64,000 nt of DNA from a bacterium (GCA_965219955.1 OZ244799.1:3744001-3808000), one strand, 5' to 3'. Shown: positions 9,377-20,008, counted from the first letter of the stretch. A program made the numbers and translations. The notes: a model not told the origin generated them from the letters alone.

Positions 9377-10633
9377 ATGGCAACGAGATCGACGTATACC
9401 CGAATGCCAAGGTTCAGCGTTTCCCGTCTTGCGGTGATGTTCACGGTGGCGTCTTTCGCGCTCATCGCCGCCTTCGGTTCCCCCGTTTTCGCTGCAAAGA
9501 AAGATCCCATTAAAATCGGGGTGCTCTCGTTTCTGAGCGGAAAGCTCAAGCCCATCGGCGACGAGATCACCACGGGCATCCAGACGGCCGTGAAGATGCA
9601 CGGACCCGTCATGGGCCGTTCCATCGAACTGATTCTGGAGGACAGCCTGGTCAACGCGCAGGTGGCGGTCACCAAGGCGACCAAGCTCGTCCAGAAGAAC
9701 CAGGTCACGGCGATTCTGGGAACCAGCACGCTCGAAGCGCTGGCGCTCCTGCCCGTGGCGAATCGCCTGCGCGTGCCGATCATCACCTCGAACAGCGGCT
9801 CGGCCGTCATCACGGGCAGCAAGTGCAACTACTGGGTGTTCCAGACGAACCCGACGCCCCAGATGGCCGTCGTGGCCATGGACTCGCTCATCAACGACAA
9901 CCCGAAGTTCAAGGCCGCGAAGTGGTTCACCATGGGCCACGACTATCCCTGGAGCAGGCGGGTGGCGCGCTCGGTCAAGATCGTCAAGGGCGTGAATTAC
10001 GTCGGCGAGGCGTATGCGCCGCTCGACACCACGGACTGGGCGCCGTTCATCGCCAAGGTCCGCGCGTCGGGCGCGACGGCGGTGGTCATCCCCGTCACCC
10101 TGGGCACGCCGCTCGTGCAGTTCATCCAGCAGGCCAACGAGTTCGGCCTGACCAAGCAGGCGACCCTGGTGGCGCCCATCGGACTGCCGGACTGGCTCAT
10201 CGCCAAGCTGGGTGAATTGTCGACCCACATCGTCTCAGCGGGCGCGTGGAGCGCGTGGCGTCTCGAGGACACGATTCCCACGACCAAAAAGTTCAACGAG
10301 CTCTACTACAAGATGCACGGCCGCGTAGCCGGGATGCAGGCCATCCAGGCGGGTACGGCGGCCCAGCTTCTGTTCAACGCCATCACGAAAGCGGGTTCCA
10401 CGGACGGCAAGGCCATCGTCGCGGCGCTCGAGAAGCTCGACGTAGAGGCTCCTGCGGGAAGAATGCGCTTCCAGAAGGACGGGCGTATGGCGGAGGTTGC
10501 GCTGATTCTCGGGAAAATCGAGAAGCTCAAGAAACCGAAGTATGGTGCGCAGTACGCGCAGTCGGTCACGGCGCTTCCGGCGTCCAGGACGCTCGAGCCG
10601 GCGAAGAAGCTCGGCTGTAATTTGAAGAAATAG
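9377..10633 (+). CDS. ABC transporter substrate-binding protein, Liv/branched-chain amino acid type
   Basis: Signal peptide, IKIGVL..LSG, DYPWSR, PLDTTDWAPFI; first gene of a complete Liv-type operon. Confidence 0.9.
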   Translation: MATRSTYTRMPRFSVSRLAVMFTVASFALIAAFGSPVFAAKKDPIKIGVLSFLSGKLKPIGDEITTGIQTAVKMHGPVMGRSIELILEDSLVNAQVAVTKATKLVQKNQVTAILGTSTLEALALLPVANRLRVPIITSNSGSAVITGSKCNYWVFQTNPTPQMAVVAMDSLINDNPKFKAAKWFTMGHDYPWSRRVARSVKIVKGVNYVGEAYAPLDTTDWAPFIAKVRASGATAVVIPVTLGTPLVQFIQQANEFGLTKQATLVAPIGLPDWLIAKLGELSTHIVSAGAWSAWRLEDTIPTTKKFNELYYKMHGRVAGMQAIQAGTAAQLLFNAITKAGSTDGKAIVAALEKLDVEAPAGRMRFQKDGRMAEVALILGKIEKLKKPKYGAQYAQSVTALPASRTLEPAKKLGCNLKK

Positions 10634-10641
10634 CTATTGGG

Positions 10642-11508
10642 ATGGATTGGAATTTCTTGTTCGTCAATTCACTGAACGGGATCATCTACGGCTCGTTCCT
10701 CGCGTTGACGAGTCTCGGCCTGAGCCTGGTTTTCGGCTTGGGCCGGGTCGTCAACTTCGCCCACGGCGTGTTGTACGCCCTGGGGGGGTATTTCTTCATC
10801 ATCTTCCTGCCCTCGCTGGGCTGGGGGGCGATGGTGTTCGCCCCGCTGGTGGTGGTGCCCCTGGCCATCGCGATGGAATGGCTCACGATCGCCCCCATCC
10901 GGAACCGGGATGAAATCTACACCCTGCTCGTGACGTTTGGCCTTTCGTTCATGATCACGGGCGCTATCGAGTATCTCTGGGGCACCGAGACGACCCTGAT
11001 CAAGCCGCCCGTCATCTTCCAGGGCACGGTGGACATCCTCGGCAATCAATTCCCCGTCTACAGGCTCTTCGCGTCGGCGCTGTCGCTGGTGGTGACGGGG
11101 CTGGTCTTCGTCTTCATCCAGTACACGCCGGTGGGCCTCAAGATTCGCGCCATCACGGATGACAGCGAAATGGCCGAGGCGCTCGGCATCAACACGCGCT
11201 GGCTGCTCACGAGCATCTTCGGGGGCGCTGCGGGTTTCGCGGCGTTCGCCGGCGCACTGGGCGCTCCCATTTTCTCCGTCGAACCGGAGATGGGAATGGG
11301 CATCATCATCGACTCGTTCCTGGCGGTGATCCTGGGCGGCCTCGGCCATCTGCCGGGAACCGCCGTGGGGGCGTTCATCGTGGCGCTCGCGAAATCCATC
11401 GGCGGGGGCTACATCGCGGAGTGGGCCATCGCGGTCCTGTTCCTGGTCGTGGCCGCGATCATGGTTCTGCGGCCCAGAGGAGTTTTCGGTCGTGGCCGCA
11501 TCGCCTGA
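10642..11508 (+). CDS. Liv-type ABC permease (LivH-like)
   Basis: GLSLVFGLGRVVNFAHG, GLKIRAI, ILGGLG, LRPRGVFG. Confidence 0.92.
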   Translation: MDWNFLFVNSLNGIIYGSFLALTSLGLSLVFGLGRVVNFAHGVLYALGGYFFIIFLPSLGWGAMVFAPLVVVPLAIAMEWLTIAPIRNRDEIYTLLVTFGLSFMITGAIEYLWGTETTLIKPPVIFQGTVDILGNQFPVYRLFASALSLVVTGLVFVFIQYTPVGLKIRAITDDSEMAEALGINTRWLLTSIFGGAAGFAAFAGALGAPIFSVEPEMGMGIIIDSFLAVILGGLGHLPGTAVGAFIVALAKSIGGGYIAEWAIAVLFLVVAAIMVLRPRGVFGRGRIA

Positions 11509-12496
11509 TGTCGAAAACCTGACGCCGGACGCCTCGAGGGCCCGTTCGCGGGAGGTCGCGACGCGGGTGCTGCTCGCCGGCTCAGCGCTCCTGGTGCTGG
11601 CGGTTCCGTTTCTGGGCGCCAGCCCGTTTTTCATCACCCTGCTCACCGAGGCCCTGATCTTCGGCATCTGGGCGATGAGCCTCGATTTGCTGGTGGGCTA
11701 CACGGGGCTCGTCTCGTTCGGCCACGCCGCGAGTTTCGGTTTCGCGACCTATGCCGCGGGTATATTCGCCATGAACATATCCGCGGATTTTTTCCTCTCG
11801 ACCATCGTGGCCATCGTCGCCGCCGCCGCGGTGGCGTTTCTGACCGGCCTGGTGGTGACGCGCCTCTCGGGAATCGCTTTCGCCATTCTCACGCTCTGCA
11901 TCTGCCAGGTCCTGTTCCAGATATCCGTCGTGTGGCGCTCGTTCACCGGCGGACTGGACGGCTTGATCGGCGTTCCGCTCCCCACGCTATTCGGCCGGGA
12001 GGTCGAGCCCGGCAAGGAGTTATACCTCCTCACCGCGGCTACGCTCATCGTCTGCTATCTTCTCCTCAGGAGGGTGGTGGAGTCTCCGTTCGGGAAAACC
12101 CTGCTGGCGATTCGCGCGAACGAGGAGAGGGCGGCGGCCATCGGCATCGACGTGAGGCGGCACAAGCTGGTGATTCTCGTCATCTCCTGGATGACGGGCG
12201 GCGTGGCGGGAACGCTCTTCGTCTTCCTGAAGGCGGGCGCGAACCCGATGTCGCTCTACTGGATCGAGTCGGGCAACATACTGGCCATCACGATCCTGGG
12301 CGGCATCGGAACGCTGTTCGGCCCGATCATCGGGGCGATCGGCTTCATATTCATCCGCGATGAGGTCACGACGATGTACCGGGCGTGGCAGTTTTCCTTC
12401 GGGCTCGCCTTCGTGCTCGCCGTGCTCTTCATGCCGTCGGGAATCGCGGGCATCGGCGAGAGGATCTGGAGACGGCTGTGGCCAGCGCGTTCCTGA
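11492..12496 (+). CDS. Liv-type ABC permease (LivM-like)
   Basis: DLLVGYTGLVSFGHA, TGGLDG, SPFGKTLLAIRANE, ILGGIGTLFGP. Confidence 0.92.
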   Translation: MAASPDVENLTPDASRARSREVATRVLLAGSALLVLAVPFLGASPFFITLLTEALIFGIWAMSLDLLVGYTGLVSFGHAASFGFATYAAGIFAMNISADFFLSTIVAIVAAAAVAFLTGLVVTRLSGIAFAILTLCICQVLFQISVVWRSFTGGLDGLIGVPLPTLFGREVEPGKELYLLTAATLIVCYLLLRRVVESPFGKTLLAIRANEERAAAIGIDVRRHKLVILVISWMTGGVAGTLFVFLKAGANPMSLYWIESGNILAITILGGIGTLFGPIIGAIGFIFIRDEVTTMYRAWQFSFGLAFVLAVLFMPSGIAGIGERIWRRLWPARS

Positions 12497-13236
12497 TAGA
12501 AGGCCTCCACAAGTCCTTCGGCGCCCTGCATGCCGTGAACGACGTGTCTCTTGACATCGAAGCCGGGCAGGTGCACTCGCTCATCGGCCCGAACGGCGCG
12601 GGCAAGACGACTTTGTTCAACTGCATCACCGGATTTCTCCAGCCCGACGCCGGAAAGGTGTTTCTGAAAGGGCGCGACGTCACCGACCTGCCGTCCCACA
12701 AGCTGGTGAAAGAGGGAATCGTCCGGACGTTCCAGATCACCCAGGTCTTCGGCGAGTTGAGCGCGCGTGAGAACGTCGAACTCGCGGCGCGCTCCCGCGA
12801 GGGGCTGAATTTCGACTTCTTCCGCAAGGCGAGCGCCTGCCGGAAGGCGCGCGAAGACGCGGAGGAATCGCTGGAGGTGGTCGGGCTGATCGAGAAGGCC
12901 CATTTGCGGCCCGAGGAGCTGGGGCACGGGGACAAGCGGGTGCTCGAAGTGGCCATCGGGCTCGCGCTCAACCCCGAGGTACTGCTGCTCGATGAGCCGA
13001 CGGCGGGCATGTCCCGAACGGAGACCGAGCGCATCGCCCGCCTGGTGCGGCAAATTGCGGACCGCACGAGCGTCCTCCTGGTCGAGCACGACACGGAGGT
13101 GGTTCTCTCGATTTCGGACAAGATCACCGTGATGACGCAGGGCCGGGTGATCGCCCAGGGTCCGCCCGAGCAGATCAGCCGGGATCCCCAGGTGCAGGAC
13201 GCCTATCTCGGGGCCGTCGAAGTGGGAGAGGACTGA
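12478..13236 (+). CDS. ABC ATP-binding protein (LivG-like)
   Basis: GPNGAGKTT, LLLDEPTAG, VEHD, VQDAYLG; GTG start at 12478 overlaps the upstream gene. Confidence 0.92.
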   Translation: MASAFLIEGLHKSFGALHAVNDVSLDIEAGQVHSLIGPNGAGKTTLFNCITGFLQPDAGKVFLKGRDVTDLPSHKLVKEGIVRTFQITQVFGELSARENVELAARSREGLNFDFFRKASACRKAREDAEESLEVVGLIEKAHLRPEELGHGDKRVLEVAIGLALNPEVLLLDEPTAGMSRTETERIARLVRQIADRTSVLLVEHDTEVVLSISDKITVMTQGRVIAQGPPEQISRDPQVQDAYLGAVEVGED

Positions 13237-13967
13237 TGCTCAAAGTCTCCTCGCTCCACGTTCATTACGGGACCGCCCACGTTCTCCACGGTGTGGACCT
13301 CGAGGTGGAGGCCGGCAAAATCGTCTGCCTCATCGGGCGCAACGGCGCCGGCAAGAGCACGACGCTCAAGGCCATCATGGGGCTCACGCCCCCCACTTCA
13401 GGCGAAATCCTCTTCGGGGAGCAGCGCATCGACGCCATGGCGGCCCACCAGGTCGCCCGTATGGGAGTCGCCTACGTGCCCGAGGACAGGCGGCCCTTCG
13501 GTTCCTTGAGCGTGGAGGAGAACATCCGCGTGGCCGCGCAGGCGAGTCCTCGCTCGGACGCAAACGGCGTCAGCGAGGCGCTGGCGTTTTTCCCCGTCCT
13601 CGAAGAGCGCTCCAGACAACTGGCGGGGAGCCTGAGCGGCGGTGAGCAGCAGATGCTCGTGATCGCGCGCGCCCTGGTGGCGCGGCCACGGCTGATTCTG
13701 CTCGACGAGCCGACCGAGGGATTGGCCCCCAGCCTCGTCGGCTCCATCAGAGACGGAATCCTGAAGACCCGGACGCATGGCCTCTCGATTCTGCTCGTGG
13801 AGCAGAACCTCTCCCTGGCGCTGGAGGTGGGGGATTATTTCTACGTGCTGAGCCGGGGTTTCGTCGCCTTCGAGGGTACGAGCGAGGAACTCCTTGCGCG
13901 CGAAGACGTTATCGCCGAGCATCTGGGCGTCGGCCGTGTGAAGGAGGCCCTGAGAGCGCGAAAATGA
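13236..13967 (+). CDS. ABC ATP-binding protein (LivF-like)
   Basis: GRNGAGKST, LSGGEQQML, LDEPTEGLAP, VEQN; TGATG translational coupling. Confidence 0.93.
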   Translation: MLKVSSLHVHYGTAHVLHGVDLEVEAGKIVCLIGRNGAGKSTTLKAIMGLTPPTSGEILFGEQRIDAMAAHQVARMGVAYVPEDRRPFGSLSVEENIRVAAQASPRSDANGVSEALAFFPVLEERSRQLAGSLSGGEQQMLVIARALVARPRLILLDEPTEGLAPSLVGSIRDGILKTRTHGLSILLVEQNLSLALEVGDYFYVLSRGFVAFEGTSEELLAREDVIAEHLGVGRVKEALRARK

Positions 13968-14042
13968 GGCGCTGAGCATCCCTGCGCGGTGTCGCGAAAA
14001 ACCGGACCGGACCGACCCGCCTGAAACGGAAGAGATCACCCA

Positions 14043-15005
14043 TTGCTTGCCTGCGTGCTGGAGGAAAACGGCCCCTCTTTGAAAGAGATAGCGCGCCCTG
14101 AGCCGCTTGCGGACGAGGCGCTCGTCCGGGTGAGGCTCGCGGGCATTTGCGCCACCGACCTGGAGCTCATTCGCGGGTACATGAATTTCCGTGGCGTGCT
14201 GGGCCATGAGTTCGTGGGCGAGGTGGCGGGGCCGAAGGCGCATCCGCTTCTCGGGCGAAGGGTCGTGGGCGAGATCAACTGCGGATGCGGAAGCTGCGCC
14301 TGGTGCGCGCGGGGAATGGAGCGGCATTGCCCCGGGAGGAGCGTTCTCGGCATTCTCGACCGCCATGGAGTCTTTGCGGAATACACCTGCCTGCCGAGCC
14401 GGAACCTGCACCCCGTTTCTGACGCCGTGGAAGATGAGGCGGCCGTTTTTTGCGAGCCTCTGGCCGCCTGCTTCGAGGTGATCGAGCAGTTTCCCGAAAT
14501 CGTGGAGCGAGAAGTCCTGGTGATAGGAGACGGGAGGCTCGGCCTGCTGCAGGCCGGGGTGTTGCGCGCCGCCGGGGCGAGAGTGGGCCTGCTGGGCCGC
14601 CACCGGGAAAAAATGGCGCTGCTCGCTCCTTATGAGATTCCCGCCTGGAGCGAACCGGCGCAGGCCGCCTGCTCCGATGGGGAGAAATGGCCCGTCGTGA
14701 TCGAGGCCACGGGTGCGGCGGATGGGTTTTCCCTCGCGGTTTCTAAAACGAAGCCCCGGGGCGTGGTGGTTCTCAAGAGCACGGTGGCCTCCGAGGCTCG
14801 CCTGAACCTGTCCTCCGTCGTGGTGGATGAAATCACGGTTCTGGGTTCGCGCTGCGGCCCTTTCGAGCCGGCGATTGAGGCACTCGAGACGGGCGCGGTT
14901 CGCACGTCCTCGATGATTCATGGCTCCTACTCCCTGCAAAACGCGCCCGAAGCGCTTGAAAAAGCCCGCGAAAAGGGCATAATCAAGGTGCTGCTCCGGC
15001 CCTAG
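14043..15005 (+). CDS. Zn-dependent medium-chain alcohol dehydrogenase family protein
   Basis: GICATD, GHEFVG, structural-Zn CGCGSCAWC...C, IGDGRLG. Confidence 0.9.
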   Translation: MLACVLEENGPSLKEIARPEPLADEALVRVRLAGICATDLELIRGYMNFRGVLGHEFVGEVAGPKAHPLLGRRVVGEINCGCGSCAWCARGMERHCPGRSVLGILDRHGVFAEYTCLPSRNLHPVSDAVEDEAAVFCEPLAACFEVIEQFPEIVEREVLVIGDGRLGLLQAGVLRAAGARVGLLGRHREKMALLAPYEIPAWSEPAQAACSDGEKWPVVIEATGAADGFSLAVSKTKPRGVVVLKSTVASEARLNLSSVVVDEITVLGSRCGPFEPAIEALETGAVRTSSMIHGSYSLQNAPEALEKAREKGIIKVLLRP

Positions 15006-15079
15006 GTATTATTTGCATTTTAGTGTAGAATGGTGAGTCCATATTGCTTCATAGGGTGGCGCTCGATAAGGAGCATGCG

Positions 15080-15973
15080 ATGAGAGGCCTCATGGGGATG
15101 GCCTTGATGGTGTGGCTCCTCGCTTCGGCTTGGAGCATGGGGGCGTTTGCGGCCACGCCGGAGACCCCCGGGGCGATAGAGAAAAGGCGCGTCTCTCGCA
15201 TCGTCGCTCACCTCAAGCGACTGGAGAGGCCTCAGGACTGGCGTCTGGTGCGCAAGCTTTTCTCCTCGGATTCGAACGTGCAGCTCAACGCCCTCTCGAA
15301 CTGTCCATTGCCCGAAAACGAATGGCCCTGGTATCTCTCCTCGGATCACCTCAAGAATTACGCCTTCTCGGTGGATTTCATCCCGATCAACATGGATGCG
15401 GACAAGCGCCTCGAAACCCTCATGGTGATCCAGTCGGATCACGACAAGGACCACTACATCACCTTTTGCCTGATGGATGACGAGAAAAGGGCCCGCAAGC
15501 CGCTCGCATCCTACAGCGACTTGAGCCGGGGCCGTCAGATTACCTACCAGATAGCCGATCTGACGGCGGACGGGTCGTATGAGTTGATCGTCAACGTTCG
15601 CGAGGGTTCGGACGGCCGCTACTCCGACGCCGTGCGTGTCATCAAGCCGACCCGGAAGAACCGTTTCGAACTGATGTGGTTCGCGCGCCTGCAGGATGAG
15701 TTGCAGTGGCCGAAAAGCTACCTGGACGACGCGGGTAAACAGGCCGTCCAAAGGCGTGAAGACCTGCGGGCCAAGGTTCGCTTTCGCTTTAACGGACCGG
15801 GCAACCCCGTCACCCTCATTCTCAAGGGGGTGAGGGAATACGAGGAACGCGTTTTCAACATCAAAGGCAGGGAAGAAAAAAGCAAGCTCCTCGTCGACCG
15901 GTTCCCGTTCGAGGAATTCTGGCGGTGGGATAAAGCGAAACTGCAATTCGTCCGCGTTTTCGACTCCAGATAA
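15080..15973 (+). CDS. Hypothetical exported protein
   Basis: Signal-peptide-like N-terminus after AAGGAG; DLTADG motif resembles a Ca-binding (FG-GAP-like) loop; no family recognised. Confidence 0.7.
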   Translation: MRGLMGMALMVWLLASAWSMGAFAATPETPGAIEKRRVSRIVAHLKRLERPQDWRLVRKLFSSDSNVQLNALSNCPLPENEWPWYLSSDHLKNYAFSVDFIPINMDADKRLETLMVIQSDHDKDHYITFCLMDDEKRARKPLASYSDLSRGRQITYQIADLTADGSYELIVNVREGSDGRYSDAVRVIKPTRKNRFELMWFARLQDELQWPKSYLDDAGKQAVQRREDLRAKVRFRFNGPGNPVTLILKGVREYEERVFNIKGREEKSKLLVDRFPFEEFWRWDKAKLQFVRVFDSR

Positions 15974-16008
15974 CTGAAGAAGCATATCCGCTTTTCCGGA
16001 AAGGTCGT

Positions 16009-17556
16009 GTGAAGCCGTTGAACTACCCCCGCCCCGTCATGCTCATCGTTCTGGATGGGTGGGGCTTTTCCGATGAACGCGCCCACAACGCCGTCGCGTT
16101 GGCCGATACCCCGACCATGGACGCCCTGCTCGCTCACCGCCCCCACACCCGTCTCGTTACCTCGGGGCGCGCCGTGGGACTTCCCGACGGCCAGATGGGC
16201 AATTCAGAAGTGGGTCATCTGAACCTGGGCGCCGGCCGGGTGGTGGATCAGGACATCGTTCGCATCGACCGCTCCATCGAGGCGGGTGATTTCTTCGAAC
16301 TCCTCCCGTTTGTGGAGTGCATTCAAAAAGCCAAAGAAAATGGCGGCGCCCTGCACATCCTTGGCCTCGTTTCGGACGGCGGGGTGCACAGCCTCCAGGA
16401 CCACGGGGTGGCGCTGGCGCGGCTGGGCAGAAAAATCGGGATTGAGCGCATCTTCGCCCATGCCTTCACCGACGGGAGGGATACGCCTCCCCGTTCGGGG
16501 CTGGACTTCGTGGGTCGGTATGAGGAGAGTCTGCGGCGCGAGGCGGGGGCCGAACTCGCCACCGTCATCGGACGCTACTACGCGATGGACCGCGACAGCC
16601 GGTGGGAGAGAAGCGAGCGGGCCTACCGGGCCATGGTGGCGGGAGAGGGAGTCTTCTCCCGAAGCGCCGCCGAGGCGATAGAGGCCTCCTATGCGCAGGG
16701 GGTGACGGATGAGTTCATCAAACCGGTGGTTCTTGGTGAGGACGGGCGTCCGGTGGGGTTGATTCGGGACGGCGACGCCGTGATCTGCATGAACTTCCGC
16801 GCGGACAGGGTGCGTCAAATCACCCGCGCCTTCACCGATGACGGGTTCGACGGCTTCGACGTCTCGGGCGGACCTGCGGTTCATTACGCCTGCATGACGG
16901 AATATGACGAGCGTTTCGCGCTACCCGTCGCGTTTCCCCCATTGAAGATGGAGGGTCTGTTCTACCACGCCCTGGCCGGTGCGGGAAAAACTTGCCTGAG
17001 AGTGGCCGAGACGGAAAAATATCCCCACGTCACGTATTTCTTTAACGGCGGCGAGGAGGAGCCGCCCCCCGGCGAGCGGCGGCGCATGGTTCCTTCGCCC
17101 AAGGTGGCCACCTATGATCTAATGCCCGAGATGAGCGCAGAAGGAGTAACGGAAGTGGTCCTGGACGCTATCGGGCGGGGTGAGGATGACGCCATCGTCT
17201 TGAACTACGCCAACCCCGACATGGTGGGACACACGGGCGTCGAGAGCGCCGCCGTGCAGGCCGCCGGTTTCGTGGACGCCTGTCTCGGTCGCGTTCTCGA
17301 AGCGCTCGAGCGCGCGGGCGGGGCGGCGGTGGTGACGGCGGATCACGGGAATTGCGAGACGATGTGGGATGCGGAGAACGACTGTCCGCACACCGCGCAC
17401 ACGCTGAACGAGACGCCCTGCATCGTCGTAGCGCCCGGTTTCGAAGGCCCGCTCAGATCGGGCGGCGCGCTTTGCGACGTGGCGCCCACCCTGCTGGGGT
17501 TGATGGGTATCCCCCAGCCTCCTGAGATGACGGGTGTGGATTTGCGGATTCTCTAG
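16009..17556 (+). CDS. gpmI: 2,3-bisphosphoglycerate-independent phosphoglycerate mutase
   Basis: LDGWG, GQMGNSEVGH, SDGGVHS, DGRDTPP, GRYYAMDRD, AETEKYPHVT, NPDMVGHTG, TADHGN. Confidence 0.97.
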   Translation: MKPLNYPRPVMLIVLDGWGFSDERAHNAVALADTPTMDALLAHRPHTRLVTSGRAVGLPDGQMGNSEVGHLNLGAGRVVDQDIVRIDRSIEAGDFFELLPFVECIQKAKENGGALHILGLVSDGGVHSLQDHGVALARLGRKIGIERIFAHAFTDGRDTPPRSGLDFVGRYEESLRREAGAELATVIGRYYAMDRDSRWERSERAYRAMVAGEGVFSRSAAEAIEASYAQGVTDEFIKPVVLGEDGRPVGLIRDGDAVICMNFRADRVRQITRAFTDDGFDGFDVSGGPAVHYACMTEYDERFALPVAFPPLKMEGLFYHALAGAGKTCLRVAETEKYPHVTYFFNGGEEEPPPGERRRMVPSPKVATYDLMPEMSAEGVTEVVLDAIGRGEDDAIVLNYANPDMVGHTGVESAAVQAAGFVDACLGRVLEALERAGGAAVVTADHGNCETMWDAENDCPHTAHTLNETPCIVVAPGFEGPLRSGGALCDVAPTLLGLMGIPQPPEMTGVDLRIL

Positions 17557-17658
17557 CGCCTGGGCGTTGCCCCTCTCGCCCGGTTCGGCGAGTATGGAGA
17601 GCGGCGGGGAATTCGACGGTTTCATGGTGAGGAAACATTCATTCGGGAGGAGACGGGC

Positions 17659-18339
17659 GTGAGCGAGGGTGTCCCCGATTTTCAGGCGTTGCGCGTGATG
17701 TATCACCAGGAGGTGGAAGGGCTGAGCGACGCCCAGCTTGACTGGGAAGACCCGTCCGAGGAGTGGTCGCGCTGGAGCATCAGGCGGCAGGTAAGCCACG
17801 TGGCGCTCGCTTATTTCTTCTGGTGGGTGAAGATGTGGGGCAAGACCCTCTGGCCGGAGAACCCGCCGGAAGACCCGGTGGATTTCACGAAAGCGGCCCC
17901 CAATCAGTACGACCGCAGGCTGGATGAGGAGAAATACTGGCGGCTCGAGGATTTGCTGCCCAAATTCGACGAGGCGCTCGCCTTTGCCGAACGCGCCGCC
18001 GAGGGGAAGAGCGCGGATGATTTGAAGGCGCTGGCCATCACCCGCACTTTCAAGCCGGAGTTGCTGATGGGCGATACGGACCTGCCGGTATACCGGTTCT
18101 GGATGCACGTCTCCACGTTTCACGACGAGGGCCTCACGCAAGACCCCGAGGATGAGACGAAATTCACGTATACCCTGGCGGGGATGCTCCGCCAGCTTTA
18201 TTGGGAGGCGCTCGTGCACTTGCGGACCATTCACCGCCTGAAACTCAAACAGGGGCTCACGCCCGCCGCGCAGATACCGCGCGAGGGCTTGCTGCTCGAC
18301 CCGTTTTTCTGGGGACCCGAGGATGAACCCAGGATGTGA
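17659..18339 (+). CDS. DinB-superfamily protein (putative)
   Basis: LSDAQLDW...WSIRRQVSHV and C-terminal LYWEALVHLRTI match the DinB/YfiT four-helix pattern; GTG start after GGAGG. Confidence 0.65.
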   Translation: MSEGVPDFQALRVMYHQEVEGLSDAQLDWEDPSEEWSRWSIRRQVSHVALAYFFWWVKMWGKTLWPENPPEDPVDFTKAAPNQYDRRLDEEKYWRLEDLLPKFDEALAFAERAAEGKSADDLKALAITRTFKPELLMGDTDLPVYRFWMHVSTFHDEGLTQDPEDETKFTYTLAGMLRQLYWEALVHLRTIHRLKLKQGLTPAAQIPREGLLLDPFFWGPEDEPRM

Positions 18340-18378
18340 GGGCGCGCGGCGCTTGCGCTTATTTGCGGGGACCTTCCC

Positions 18379-19182
18379 ATGCCGTTCGTGACGCTGGAAT
18401 CAGGCCTTGAAATTTTTTATGAGATATATGGAGAGGGGCACCCCCTTCTGCTGGTGAGCGGAACGGGGCACGACCACACCTTCTGGTCGGCGCAACTGCC
18501 CCTGTTGAGCGCGGATTACCGCTGCGTCGTCATCGACAACCGGGGGGTGGGCAAGAGCACGGCGCCCCCTCCGGGATATACGCTCGCGGACATGGCGGAT
18601 GACGCAGCAGTCGTTCTGGACGCGGCCGGCGTGGAGCGCGCCCACGTGATGGGTTTTTCCATGGGGGGGCACATTTCCACCGAGCTCACGCTTCGCCACC
18701 CCGGGCGCGTTGTCAGCCTGGGGCTCCACCACACCTGGGCGAGGAACTGCCCGCGGCTGGGTTCTTTTCAGCGCGCCCGCATGCGCTTCGCCGCGCGCGG
18801 GGAGCGCGAGGCGCTCGTGGAACTGAGCCTCCTGGGGCTGTATTCCCATGAATTCTACGATGCGAACGCCGAGCTTATGGAGCAGAAAAGACGCTGGCTC
18901 ACCGAGCAATCCGGCGTCGACCTGGGATGGGAGGGGCAACTGCTCGCCTGCCTGGAAGGGGATACCCTCGAGCGTCTCCACCGGATACGAGTTCCCACGC
19001 TCATCACCTGTTCGGATCGCGACCTGATCGTCGACCCCCACCACGCGAAGGAAATCCACGAGCGCATCGAAGGCTCGAAGCTCATCATCATGGAGGGGAC
19101 GGGCCACGTGGCGCTCATCGAGCGGCCCGATGCCTTTGCGAGCATCTGCCATGAGTTCCTGGCCTCCCTGCCGCCGGGATAG
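18379..19182 (+). CDS. alpha/beta hydrolase
   Basis: DNRGVGKS, GFSMGG nucleophile elbow, D and GTGH triad positions. Confidence 0.92.
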   Translation: MPFVTLESGLEIFYEIYGEGHPLLLVSGTGHDHTFWSAQLPLLSADYRCVVIDNRGVGKSTAPPPGYTLADMADDAAVVLDAAGVERAHVMGFSMGGHISTELTLRHPGRVVSLGLHHTWARNCPRLGSFQRARMRFAARGEREALVELSLLGLYSHEFYDANAELMEQKRRWLTEQSGVDLGWEGQLLACLEGDTLERLHRIRVPTLITCSDRDLIVDPHHAKEIHERIEGSKLIIMEGTGHVALIERPDAFASICHEFLASLPPG

Positions 19183-19357
19183 AGAGTCACAGGCGACCGC
19201 CTGTCCGGGGCGAGTGACCGCCCGGCCCGACTTTCCTGGAGCGCCTGAAGCCGCCGCCGGTTTGACAAAAGCCCTGGGCTTGAGGCAAGAAAAAACGGTT
19301 TTATCCTCTTAGGTCATACAGCCGGACGGCATCGGGACCCGGAAAGCGAGGTGTGTC

Positions 19358-20008
19358 ATCCTCAAGAAGATTTTCGGCTGGTTCGCGCAAAAGAACGACC
19401 CCCCCTCGGGAGGCGGGTCTCCTCCTTCGGGTGGCGGCTTCGGCCTGCCCATGGCGCCGGACCAGGTGGAGCAGGAGGCCCTTTTCGCCGAAAAAATCGA
19501 AGCCCACGGTAAATGGCTGCAGAGTTCGGGCGCGCGCGGGGAGCGCGCCGACTTCTCTGGCGCGCATCTGGAGGCCATCAGCCTTTTCATGGTGAATCTC
19601 TCCAAGGCGGATCTGCGCGATGCGCGTCTCGCGGGCGCCAACGCGCAATGGGCGAACCTGGACGGGGCGGACCTCGCCGGCGCCAATCTCGAAGGGGCCG
19701 ATCTGTTCCAGTCCAGCCTCGAGGGGGCGAACCTCACCGGCGCGCGGATGGCCGGGGCGAACATGATGTCGGCGGATCTCAAGTTCGCGGATCTGGCGGG
19801 TGCCGACTTGAGCGGAGCCGACCTGCGCGGCGCCTCGCTCCAGCGGACGAAACTCGGGGGCGCGAACCTGGCGGACGCGCTCATCGACGACGCCGACCTG
19901 GAACTCGCCGACATCCGGGGCGTCGACCTCTCGGGCGTGAATGGCCTGACGCCCGAACAGGCCGAAGGCGCGCTCAAGGACGGCGAAACGCTCTTTCCGG
20001 ATGCCTAG
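19358..20008 (+). CDS. Pentapeptide repeat protein
   Basis: Long A(D/N)LxG repeats from 19550 to 19940. First ATG is 19451; an in-frame extension from ATC 19358 is proposed (see findings). Confidence 0.88.
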   Translation: MLKKIFGWFAQKNDPPSGGGSPPSGGGFGLPMAPDQVEQEALFAEKIEAHGKWLQSSGARGERADFSGAHLEAISLFMVNLSKADLRDARLAGANAQWANLDGADLAGANLEGADLFQSSLEGANLTGARMAGANMMSADLKFADLAGADLSGADLRGASLQRTKLGGANLADALIDDADLELADIRGVDLSGVNGLTPEQAEGALKDGETLFPDA

